In this document: positions 12,958-25,467 of the stretch, one piece after another
How positions within the stretch are numbered: the first letter of the stretch is position 1
How the letters are laid out: each line of letters opens with the position of its first letter
NCBI GenBank assembly: GCA_017499595.2
Contig: CM039002.1
Span: forward strand, 620,001 to 684,000
Direction of reading: 5' to 3'
DNA: 64,000 nucleotides
Source: Psilocybe cubensis
Taxonomy: Eukaryota
Notes under the pieces: generated by a model
Seen by the model: the letters and a program-made list of their open reading frames with translations, nothing else
What the model was told of the DNA's origin: nothing
Database searches by the model: none
Translations under genes and position numbers: made by a program

Positions 12958-13946
12958 GTGCCAGAGTAACTGTGGAACAACAATTTTTACTACTACTTTC
13001 ATTACATGTAGATTCTGTTTTCTTACATACATCATAAGTCTCAATATAATGAATACACATGCAAATTGCAAGGCTAAATATTGTGCGACAGAAAGACTCG
13101 GACAGAAACAACTATATGGGCAACTTCATAATACTTAATTTTATGTTACGTAGTTCTTTGATGGCACTCGAGGCTTGAAGCTTGATTTTGAAATGCCCAG
13201 TTAGGCTATTTTTGGAGGCGCCAGCGCCAAGAAGGCAGGCATCTGATGGCAAGCGCCGGCTTGAACAATGGTGGCAACTCATGAAAGGAGACGCTTCCGA
13301 AGATTCCACAGGCACCGGTAGACAAGAGTGTCGTATTCGTTAGAGAAATGCTCTGACTTCCTCAAGACATCGAGGTTACGATTCGACAAGCACGCTTTCA
13401 CATAGACAGAAAATATGGATATAGGACCGGGAGATCACATCCGTTGAATAAGCCTCTAGTACTCAACAGGTATGACAAAAATCAGAATGAGTACAATAGG
13501 AAGTTGATGCACAAAACTATTCCGGATTGGAGCTTCCGGAGGATGAGCTTTCAGGTCTACTCATATGAGCCTCCACCTTGATATCCGTCGAAAATCAATG
13601 AAGCCTGCTAACTGCAATGAATATGATAATGGATAACATCGTTGTCGAGTCGGTAGCAACACTGTCATAAGAATTTTAAGAGAATATAAAGAGTTGAACT
13701 AGCTTTTCGGGCTAATTCGAGTAGGTAGAATTGTTGTTCAAGTTGTTGAACAAGGACACTGTTGGTCATAGCCGATGATTAGATCACTTAGTCAGCAATC
13801 CTTCGAAGCCTCGGAAGACACGCATCGACTCGGCAGTCGGCTGCTGCAACCTGCAAGAAACGTTCTACTTCTCCTCCAGTTCGAGTCTGACATGAATAAA
13901 AGGACAGACCGAATGGGTAGTCGTGTTGAACGACCTCATATCTATC

Positions 13947-15182
13947 ATGCAGAAAGCCCTTCTTCTGAACTCGAAATATGGAAATTTTGTCGTGTCCGAT
14001 ATCCCTCGTGAATCGCCTGGAGTAGGCGAGGTCCTGATCAAAGTGCAGTCCGCGGCTCTTAATCCTGTCGATTGGAAGATACAGAGATTCGGCTACCTCA
14101 TCGATGGATATCCTGCTGTACTAGGGAGCGATATCGCGGGCGACGTTGTTGAGGTTGGCGAGGGTGTTTCGGATTTCCAGAAGGGCGACAGAGTGTACGC
14201 ACCACAACAACTGCGAGCTTCATCAAACGATACTGAGATCCTATTCAAAATCATAGCTTCAGCCAGGCCGTCTTCAAAAAGACTCGTGGAGCGTTCCAAC
14301 AATATGTCGTTGCCTCCACTTCATCCTTGTCAAAAGTACGAGGTCTAGTTGCTGCCCCAATTGACATTTCATAAATTCAAGGGGTTTTAGATACCTCCCA
14401 AGTTTTCGTATGATGAAGTATCCACATTGCCCATGGCCCTAACAACTGCCTTTGCAGGCCTCTACAAAGATCCTGACTCTGGCCTTGGAATCACACCGCC
14501 AATAACTGAAGAGGCTCGGGGCAAATATGCCAACACTCCAATCGTCATACTTGGTGGCTCCAGTTCTGTAGGGCAATATGGTTTGTACCATTCGTCTTGC
14601 CACTTTCCGCCGAGCGACTTACTCTTCATTAAAGTCATTCAGTTTGCTAAGCTCTCAGGCTTCTCTCCAATCATTGTAACTGCATCGCCCTCGCACACCG
14701 ATTCCCTATTGGAGATCGGAGCATCAAATGTGATTGACCGAAATCTATCTACATCCTCTCTAAGCGAAGAGATAGGAAAAATCACATCCAAACCTATTCA
14801 TTTTGTTTTTGATTCCATTGCATTGGCAGAAACACAGCAAACTGCGATCGATATCATATCTCCTGGCGGTCGTGCCGTCGTTGTCTTACCGGCTGTAGTG
14901 GCTCCAGCTGAAGGAAAGTATCTCTCCAAAACAAATGCAGGACACGTGCATCCAATCCCTACCTTCTATCGTGAACACCTCTACGGATTTTTGGAGAAGG
15001 GTTTCATCACGGTGAGTATAAATAGACTCGATAACATGACCCCTGCTTACATCAAATAACAGCCAAATCGATTTGAGATTCTACCGAATGGTCTAGCTGG
15101 AATCGTGGAAGGACTTGAAAGGCTGGAGGCCAACAGAGTGTCTAGGTTGAAGCTTGTGGCGCGTCCTCAGGAAACATTGTAG
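13947..15182 (+). CDS. MDR/enoyl-reductase-like oxidoreductase, copy ER2
   Basis: MQKALLL..ALNPVDWKI..GSDIAGDV, ILGGSSSVGQ, AKLSGFSPII, ends RLKLVARPQETL*. Confidence 0.9.
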
Positions 15183-15567
15183 CTGTTGTGGCATCTGATT
15201 TGTACAATCATTCGTGAGCAGCGCGAGCCACTGGCACCATGAAAAATCCGCCTTTTTGATCGCATACTTCGTCATCGGATAGACCTTTCGCATCAAGTAT
15301 AACGTTGAAACAGGTTGTGAACTCATCGATCCTGAGATAAGTTACCGCCTGAAATGGAGGCTGAACCAAATATAGTCCGAGTACCGTATAACGATCAGCA
15401 GTCAATCAACATGTATCACCCACGCCCAAATACGCACCCTTCACTGGAATAACCGCACTGAACTATTATAAAAGGCTGGCTACTCTTACAATGGCATCTA
15501 TCAGTGTAATCTTCCACACTAACTTTCCTCTAAGCTTTGAGTTTTCGCTTCCGTTACTATCCCAAAC

Positions 15568-16840
15568 ATGACCCTGACCCACAAAGCCCTTGTACTTCCC
15601 GAGCAGTTTGGAAAATTCGTCGTCGCAGACTTCCCTCGCGAAGCGCCCGGTCCTGGCGAAATCCTGATTAAAGTGCAGTCAGCGGCACTAAATCCCGTCG
15701 ACTGGAAGATCCAGAAATGGGATGGTTTGATGGACGGATACCCTGCCGTTTTAGGGAGTGACATTGCCGGAGACGTTGAGGAGGTCGGAGAAGGCGTGAA
15801 AGAATTCAAGAAAGGAGATAGGGTGTAAATATTATTTTTCTACCCCCCGACTACACATTCTAACCGATGAGTATAGCTTTGGTCAGGGAGAATTCAGAAA
15901 GACCCGAGGCGCGTTCCAGCAGTACGTCGTATCATCTGCCTCAACGACATCCAAGGTGCGAACATCACAGAGCTGGATACAACCCTAGAGTCTTTCATTA
16001 ATTTTATGGTGTAGATTCCGCCTAAATTTTCTTACGATGAAGCCTCCACGTTACCGATGGCACTCACCACAGCTTATTCGGGTCTTTATAGCAAACCACC
16101 CAATGGATTTGGCCTCGAGGCTCCGTTGACCGACGCAGCTGTCGGTAAATACTCGGGGAACCCCATTGTCATTTTTGGAGGTTCCAGTTCAGTAGGACAG
16201 TTCAGTAAGTACCATTTCCTGCTCGACGCATTGACGATTAATCTAACTGCCTAACGTCCCATATTTCCAGCAATTCAACTTGCCAAAGTATCGGGATTCT
16301 CTCCTATAATTACAACCGCATCTTTGAGGCATGCCGACGCTCTTAAAGATATTGGTTGCACTCATGTACTCGACCGTAACCTTTCTTCAGACGCACTCAA
16401 TGCAGAAATTAGTCAGATCACTACAAAACCCATCCACCATGTGTACGACTCAATATCTTCCGATCTTACCCAACAAATCGCTTTCGATATTTTATCTCCC
16501 GGAGGTCGCATCGTTTATGTCTCATTCCCCACTGTAAAAGCAACAGAGGAGAAGCAAATTAATTTTGCGTATGCAAAGCTCACAATACCTCCAAACACAG
16601 AGCACATGCCTGCGTTCTATCATGACCATGTCTACAGCTTCATAGAAAAGGGTTGGATCACTGTGAGTCAATCTATACACTTTTTATGCCATGAAACTAA
16701 TAGCTTGATTATTATTATAGCCTAACAACATTGAGGTCTTGCCCAACGGTCTTGCTGGAGTCATTGAGGGCTTACAAAGGTTGGAGGCGGATAAGGTTTC
16801 GAGGCTGAAGCTTGTCGCTCGTCCACAAGAAACAGATTAA
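15568..16840 (+). CDS. MDR/enoyl-reductase-like oxidoreductase, copy ER3
   Basis: MTLTHKALVL..ALNPVDWKI..GSDIAGDV, IFGGSSSVGQ, ends RLKLVARPQETD*; TATAAAAG upstream near 15467. Confidence 0.9.
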
Positions 16841-17169
16841 TATTTATTTTTGCTCCAATGTCCCCTTCAATTCTCAGAATGTTATTTTTATGTACATGGA
16901 TTCAGACAAAGGGAGCAATCACACACTATTGATGAACATGAAAAGTCCTTTTCATTTAATCAAATCAACCAACGGGCCTCTAATAATGGTATTGTCCTTC
17001 AAATAGTAAGTATTTGGAATAGATAATGTGCTACAAAAGTTATACAAGGTAATCATAGGCTCCAGCGGCTATATGTAACTACGTGTAAAAGATACGCGAC
17101 CAGAGCTGCACTGTAACTCTTTCCTCACTCTCCACGAGTGGCAAGATATAGATAGGGATATCATAATCC

Positions 17170-20100
17170 CTAGCGTCTTTCCTTGACGAAATAATGTAGA
17201 GTGATATAGCTCGATATCGTGAAAACAACGAAGAAAATGGCGAGTAGCGAAATGTTGGGCCACCAGAATGACTTTGAAGGCAGATAGATGAGATAAAAGA
17301 ACGAAAATAGCATGTTTAAAATTTACCTGGGATCTAAGCCCGAATACAGACAAAATGGTCGCAGCTGGAACGTCCAGCTCGACGCCATACTGTTGTTGAG
17401 ATTTGTTAGGTTAAGATCATTGATGACGTCATCGTATATAGCTCACCTTCACCTCCTTCAACTGCAGGAATCTCAGCTCATTCACAGCAAGAGCCTCAAA
17501 CGCGGCATGGAAGAATGAAATAGTATGCAGCCATTGGAATGCAGGAGAAACGCTCTCGCGATTGATCAACAGACCCGTGAACAACAGACTAAAGAAGAAA
17601 AATCAATCAATCAAAAGAGCCACAGATGGCCATATCAGCTATTGGACGTACTTGAACAGCATGATGAGCGTGCCAACTAAACTCGCCACGCTTACATTCG
17701 CAAATGCGATTGAGAGCCATAGTACAACGCTGGCGGTGGTCAGGTTGAACAACACCAGCGTAAGCATGAACTTCCAGAAAATAGACACGGCTGGCACGAG
17801 GCCGACGAGGCCATATACGATTCCGCCGAACATCATGGGGGGAATGAGACGTAATGGTAAGATATCAAACAGAATCTGTCATGTAAGATTATCAATCAAG
17901 CTCTAACAAGCTATGATTAGGGGTTACCTTCGATGAGAAATATGTGAAAGAAGAATAATATCCATTTGCCCTAAGATGATGTGTAATTAGAAGGGATTCC
18001 AGGCACCAAGGTGATTAAATCGAACCTTTCTCTAATGAAGAGTATGCGTTCATTAGCGAATAGGCCCAGACTCGACAAACAAGAAAAGCCGAAAAGAGCC
18101 AGCGAGAAAAAGAAAATGCCTATAATAACAAAATTACAGAATGTCTTCATAATTCAAGATTATAACATACCGAGTCGATTCTGGAAACCTGAAATATCAT
18201 TCCTAAAGAATGGTCAACGTATAACGACGACACAGGCAAGACAACGCTTACGTAACGTTGTGGTAGAATAGCCCACAAATAACTGAAAACAATCATCAGT
18301 TTTGATACGAAGAGCAAAGACACGAAAATACATACTAGCCAGTGCAATAGCGGAAGTGTAATGAGCAGTTAGCAACGCGGGATCACGATATAAGTTCTTG
18401 AAAGCCCTGCCACTCAAAATCCTAAATTGCGTGGTCCAACTAGCCCTCTTCCGCCCTCTCAGCATCGAAGTCTCGAGGATAACATCTGGAAGCTCATTGC
18501 TTGTGGTTCCATTTGCATTGCCATTTCCACTGCTGGCGTCTGCGCGGACGACTTCCCTCCTCAGTTGTTCACCAGCCGCCTTGATCTCAGCAGCGATTGT
18601 GCTTCCCGCATACGCCTCCACAAGCACATTCAGCGCCGGTGCAACAGGTACATTCTGCATTTGATTTTTATTCGCGACGAGGCTTACAACACCGTTCTCT
18701 AGCACGGCCTTGAAGATCTGTGATGTCTTGCGCTTGATGTAGTTCCCAGATGAGGATGAACTCGTCGGCCGCAGCTCGGTATCGTCGTCGGGGTTTGTTG
18801 ACAAGAGAGAGCGAACAGAGAGGGGCACGCTATGTGGAACGATAGACAGTCCTTGTTCTGCGCTGGCAACATTAGGATTGTCGCTAGGAGGTGAGACATC
18901 GAGAGGTGTTGATGATTCCGAGGCCGCAGGAGCGTCAATGCTCGCATGCATCGTGAGATCAACTAACAAATGAATCCTTCAGTCGGCGTAATATGTCAAT
19001 CAAATAGAAGACGAACTAAGGAAATCGGCGATATTGAAACCAGGGGGGCAGGGCTGGCCTATTGAAGCAAAGTATTCCTGGCACTTGGTGAATTCACCGG
19101 AGTACACCAACTTCCCGGCGGCTAAGACGAGGAGTTGGTCGAATAGAGCAACAATATTGCTGCGGGGTTGGTGTATAGTGAAGACAACAGTTCGGTTATA
19201 GTTGCGCGCAAGGGATACAAGACTTTCAACGACGTTGAAAGCATTGTAGGCATCGAGGCCGCTGGTAGGTTCATCCAGGAAGAGGATTGAAGGCGAAGTA
19301 ACCAGTTCACAGGCAATCGATACTCTGCGCTTCTCTCCCCCTGAAATTGAACGGTGACCTGAATAAAGAAGCAACAGGTTGAGACCGAACCGGATTACAG
19401 CATAGGGTCTACTTACCGCTCTTTCCGATCCTCATGTCCTTGATACCCAGAATACCCAACTCGTTCATAGTCTCGAGTGTCCTGAATTTCTTAGCTTCAA
19501 TGCTCATCTCCCTCGGGAGTCGCAACAAGGCACTGTAAAGAATCGTTTCGTAGACGGTTAACGTGCTCATTAAGGTGTCCTCCTGATCCACATATCCTAT
19601 AACATTCCGGAATTCGGCATCACTGACTTCACGTCCATTAACAAGGGTAGTTCCATAAACGGCCCCTCTCTTTCGCTTGCGAGCAAGGATGTCGAGGAAC
19701 GTAGACTTTCCGGCACCGGAGGCACCCATAATGGCCATGATTTGCCCAGGCTTGACACATCCAGTGATGTTATCCAAAATGGTACGGCCGGCAAGGTCAT
19801 ATGTGATACCAGAAAAGTAGAGGGAAGCGGGGACGTGATCCATCATCAACTTTGCAGATTCATGTTCCGGTAGGCGAAGCTGACCAAAGTCTCCGCCCTT
19901 GTTGGCGCGACCAGAATACCATAAAACTATTGAATTTGTTAGAAGCCAGATATCGGACTAATGATGTTGTACAAACCTAGGAATGTCAAAAGAACGAAAA
20001 GAAGAGCGCCAGCTGAACTTAATGCCACCCATAAAGTGTTGTCCGGTTTCGGAGGTTGCTGGAGGGATATTAATATTGGTACCGGAACCAAAGATAACAA

Positions 20101-21436
20101 GATAATAGTACTCACGACGTAGCCAGGAACCTGCGAATAGTGTAGACATTCACCACCCTCGCATTGAAGAGTGATATACGCGTCTCCGAATATTTGATCG
20201 ATCAAATCATTCATTGCTGGCTCCTCAAATTTACACCCCTGTTTGGACTTGCAACTGAACGTCGCAGGACCTTTAATTTCTTCAGTCAAGAAATCGGAGA
20301 TGTCTATGAAACGGGCAGCACGTTCAGATTTCATAACAAAAACATGCACATGTTAACACGCACCTATGCTTCCGTCCTCCCCACAGATAAACCTCCCAGG
20401 TACACATTTGCATTTGATCTTTTCGCATTGATAGCTCGTTGTGTTGGAGGCGTAACTCCTATCCGTCTTCGATTCGCATTCTTCCAAAGCGCAATAAAAA
20501 GATTCGACTTGAGCGGTCCAGAACTGGAAGGCGCAAGTGCGGTCTTGAGCGTCGCAACTGAAAGTAACCTGCGGCGGCCGTCCTGGTAGCATATCAAGAA
20601 TCTTCCGGTCTGAGATTGAGGTAAGTAAGGCGCATTTTAAGAAAACAGTTTGCGTACTGGTGACGTCGCACATCTGATGATTGTTGAAGACAGTTTCCCC
20701 GCCCTTGTAGCATGTCATGTTTGCTACCTCATCATCCCCTTCGGTAATGATACCACCTGCCAGAGGGAAGCCGACACAAGCATTGTCGGTTTTACAAACT
20801 GGAAGAGGTAAATTGAGGAAAATCTGCTGCAAAGGTATACAAAAAAGACTACTCACCATTGCAATTTATTCCACCCCAACCATCTTTACATTCGCAACTG
20901 TCCCCAGTTCTAGGCCTTCGATGCTCCCCGTCCGCCAATGAGTCACATTCTAACGACAGAATGTCAAATATGAGGTATTGAAGAAGGTTCATTTTGACAT
21001 ACGCGGTTGTAGACAGTCAATTCCCGACCATCCAGGAGGGCATTTGCATTGACCGTCGTACTTATTGCATTCAGCAAACTGCCCGCACTCGAAAACGGGC
21101 AACATGCAATTGAAACAAGGTGGGCATTTGCCTATAATAAACAGAATTAAGAGATGGTTGTTTCGTGTCTGCCCGCCGGACTTAACAGACCTGAAGGTGC
21201 CATATCTGCGAATGTATTTAAGCTCTGCAACATCTTGTCAGAACGCCGCAGGAGTAGATTAAAGAGTATAATCCTACTTGAGAAACATAACTGCGATTCG
21301 ATAAGAGTTCGTTATATGACGTGTTGGTTGCCAACACTGAGGTCGGCAATGATATAGATGCGATGAGCACTAAGGAGAGTATTCGCCCAGCGGTAGAAGA
21401 TATTGTGCCCCTTGAACGGGCAGCTGCCATGCCCAT
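17170..21436 (-). CDS. ADP1: ADP1-like half-size ABCG transporter with N-terminal EGF-like Cys-rich ectodomain
   Basis: Signal peptide, EGF-like repeats ([24 protein letters not shown]), TM, Walker [10 protein letters not shown], signature ISGGEKRR, Walker [18 protein letters not shown] and an ABC2 membrane domain; last exon ends LHYFVKERR* at 17170-17172. Confidence 0.9.
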
Positions 21437-21711
21437 GGCTGCGGGGAAATTTAGAGGTTAAGTAGAAAGAGTGAACACAGGGCTCATGGCTTTCCCCAGA
21501 GCAGCGCTGACCTCTCGTGACCGGTTACTATAATTAAATGCCGCCGCCCCGCCGCCGTAATTGTCCGGTGTTTAACCGATCCAGCCTCGGTGTCAACCAC
21601 TTCGCCAACAACATCGACCACGCCGACAACTTGCAAGAAAGCAAGAATAAGAAAACATTCCTAACACAAAAACATCTCATCTACCATCGTATCAAATTCG
21701 GCAATCGTGCT

Positions 21712-23657
21712 ATGAGCGTTGCTTTGGACGTTCTGATCTTCGCCGTAGGTTGGGCACACGTCGTCCTCGCCCCATTCTTCAAAGTCGAAGAAAGCTTCAA
21801 TCTACACGCCACACATGATGTTCTAATGTATGGTGTTGGTCGTGAAAACTTATATAATGTGCGCTCTGGCAAGTGACAAAGACCTCCAAAGCCTAATATT
21901 TCTTTGAAAGTACGACCATTTCACATTTCCTGGGGCAGTGCCACGAACATTTGTTGGCAGTGTACTTCTTGCATGGGTTTCCACACCGACTATTAGGGTT
22001 GCGCAATGGCTAGGCTTCGTTCCTTCAAAATTTGAAATACAGATCATAGGTATGTGTTTCTTTCATATCCCGACTGTTTCTTCTCATCAACGCGTAGTTC
22101 GCTTGTCACTCGCCAGTCTCAATTCTTGGTCGCTTTGCTTGATTCGAAGAGGCGTATCACGACGATATGGAAGAGGCACAGGCTTATTTTTTGCACTGTT
22201 AACGTGTACGCAGTTTCATTATCCATTTTGGATGGGTCGCACCATACCCAACATGTTCGCCACTATCCCTGGTGTGTAAATCCTTGGTATACTTTGAACC
22301 TACATTTAATATGATATAGTCAATGTATCAACGTACCTCCTTGTTGACAGAGCTTCAAATTCGGTATATACATCCCTCAAGAGGATCTCTGCAGCAGTTA
22401 CCTTACTTACATTCGTTGGGGTTGTGCTTCGCGCGGAAGTGGCACTGTTTTTGGGACCTTTTGCTCTCCAATTATTAATTTCTCGACAAATTCCCTTGCT
22501 ACGATTATTGAAAGTGGGGTTCATTTCTGCTCTCATCTCACTACGTAAGATGCTTTCTTTGCCTTTTCACCCCTTGTTTATATTTTTTTCCTGTAGTTTT
22601 AACTCTCTTCGTGGATTCCTATTTCTGGAACAAAAGCCTTCTATGGCCCGAGTTTTCTGGGATTTACTTCAATGTTATTGAGGGCAAAAGCTCGGAATGG
22701 GGTGTAAGTTGTTTTCTCTAGATCAATATCTAATACTCATTTTCTCTAAAGACATCGCCTCCGTTGACTTACATTACGTCCTACCTACCCAAGCTCCTCC
22801 TCGGTGCCCTCCCTTTGTCGATTATAGGTTTTGCTATCGACCATCGTATAAGATCCCTGCTTCTTCCATCGATGGCCTTCATTGCTTTGATTAGTAACCT
22901 TGGACACAAGGAATGGCGATTTATTATTTACGTTGTGCCTATATTCAACGTCGCAGCGGCTAGAGGTTCCAAATGGATGTAAGTTGTACAGCTGCCATTA
23001 GTTTGACTCCCCTTTCATAACCATATTGCAGGGTTTCTCTCAGAAAGAGTAGTCTTTTTGGTCGCCTCTTTTTCATGGCCACCGCAGGCATTCTCGCTCT
23101 CAACCTCGTTATTGCTGTGCTTTTCACCAAAGCATCTATGCGCAACTACCCTGGTGGCCAGGCATTATATACATTTCACCAATTATACCCAGCGAAAACG
23201 ACATACCGTCAGTCCCCATTCTCCTTTCTCTCATCAGAACTCTAACGTTACCTTACATAAAGCTATTCCACACGTCCACATATCCAACCTTGCGGCACAA
23301 ACAGGTGCCTCCCTCTTCCTCCAACTCAATGCGCCACCTTATTACCATCCTTCCCAATCCCAACAACTCTCACAACCATGGGTCTATAATAAGACGGAAA
23401 ATCTTTCGCCTAACACTTTATCCAGTTCCTCAAGCCCTTTTACACACCTTATCTCAGAGGTGCCGCCCTCGACCGACTCGCGCATGGATCGTACATGGCG
23501 AATAGTGAGCGAAATCAAGAGTTTCGATCGCTGGGCTATCAACCGGGAGATTTTCAGTTTTAGAGGGAAGAAAAAGGGCGAATTGTTGACCCGCTTTAGG
23601 GATGTGTTGATACTGCAGGAGAGTCCTAAGCTTTGGCTTCTGGAGCGCAAACGTTAG
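21712..23657 (+). CDS. ALG12: Dol-P-Man alpha-1,6-mannosyltransferase (GT22, Alg9/Alg12 family)
   Basis: APFFKVEESFNLHATHD, YDHFTFPGAVPRTF, LGHKEWRFIIY, NYPGG, VHISNLAAQTGASLF and YNKTE motifs; multi-TM, multi-exon. Confidence 0.9.
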
Positions 23658-23813
23658 GGGATTCAGGTAGGCCTATAATGTCTGATTTTTATGCTGATTT
23701 GAACTTTCAACCAACAACATGCACTATTTATTAAAGGATTTGACGCTGGACAATAAATGAAATCTGGGACCACCATTCATCGATTGTATATCATTCGAAT
23801 CATCTGACTGGAA

Positions 23814-25087
23814 TCAAGTTTCTTGCGGATGCGCGACTAGCTTGAATCCAGACACCTGATCCTTCTGCAATCTAGCCAAACCTTCCGGAATACCTGCTAA
23901 ACCACGAGGAAGAATTTCGATGCTGTTAGGCTGTTGAAATGGAGATTAATTGTTCTTATTTAGAATTGACCTGCAAAGGGAGCTAGAGACCTACCTTGAT
24001 TACACCCTGCTCCAACCACGCGGTGATGTGATCGCGATAAAGACTTTCAAGCAGTTCGACGTTATTGGGGTCTCTTAAAAACCCGCTGACAGTGGTGACC
24101 TTCTTATCCTCTGGAGCTGGGACTGCCAATGGCAGTACGAGTATAATTTGACCGCCCGAGGCCAATATGTCGAGACCGTCCTGTTCGGTCTTCGCGGACG
24201 AAACGGTGTCAAAGACATGCTTAACTGGTTGACTTCCAGTAGCTTTCTTGATTGCAGTGATCAATGCGGATGAAGGGAGGTTTCGATCGAATACTTCAGT
24301 TGCTCCGATGGATTTGAGGTGTTCGGTATGCTTAAGCGACGCGGTTGTCAGAATGGGCGAAAAGCCTGATAATTTGGCGAGCTGTATAGCTGGAAGCGAA
24401 CTCTGTTGCTTATCAATCCAAGAGGAACAAACGAAACCGCGTACCAATCTGTCCAACAGATGAAGCCCCTCCCAGAATCACGATAGGGGTGCCAGCATAT
24501 TTTCCTTTTGTCGCTTCTGACACCGGAGGCTCGAACCCTAGACCAAAGGGAGATTTGTTGTATAGAGCAACGTAGGCGCATGTCAAGACTCCCGGGAGTG
24601 CGGAGACTTGTTCGTAGGACCAGTTGTCGGGAAGCTTGACAAGAGGGATAGTAAGTTGGCTCACAAAGTTCAAGAAACCATCGTGCATACCTTGGCTACA
24701 GTTGCAGCAATTGCAACACAATATTGTTGGAAAGAGGAGAATCTGCTGTAGTTGAATTGCCCTTGTACAAACCTAAAGCAGGTTCACAGAGTTAACGGTA
24801 ACTCGTAATGCCAGATTTACTAGCGCTTACACTCGGTCGCCTTTCTTGAAGCCAATGACTCCTTCCCCAAGTTCTTCAACATCCCCTGCAATATCGCATC
24901 CTATAACTGCCGGAAATTCCTCAACAAATATTCCATACTTCTGGATCTTCCAGTCGACAGGATTGAGAGAGGTCGCTTGAATTTTAATCAAGATTTCTCC
25001 GGGGCCAGGCTTGTAGATTTCGGTTTCCTTGATCAAGAAATCACCGAATTTTTTCTCGAGGAGGAGTGCTTTCTGTGTGGAAGGCAT
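23814..25087 (-). CDS. MDR/enoyl-reductase-like oxidoreductase, copy ER4
   Basis: MPSTQKALLL..SLNPVDWKI..GCDIAGDV, ILGGASSVGQ, AKLSGFSPIL, ends GFKLVAHPQET*. Confidence 0.9.
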
Positions 25088-25467
25088 GCTTGATGAGGAA
25101 GTGATAATGTTGCAAGATAAATGTTGGACGGCAACTTGCACTCCAACACAGACTCCTTCCATTTTATACTGCAATGCACGATCACTACCCGTTTGAGTAT
25201 TCTGCGTTTCGCCCCCTTTCTAATCTCTCAGTGCGTTATTTTCTAGCTTGCTAATGCAGTCTGATATTGTCAGGTACCGCAGCCTTTGTTAACTGCCTCC
25301 ACTTTTGAGAATGAGCTGCCACCAGTGTTGCGTAGGCCCTGACCCGCGTGAATTTGTCTTGCGGCATCACTGCGTTATCCAGCCGGCTTAACATGGGGAT
25401 CCATCATGACATAAACCGTGGGCACACAGTGTATTAAATTCGGTTATCATCCTTGGCTGACGTATGA

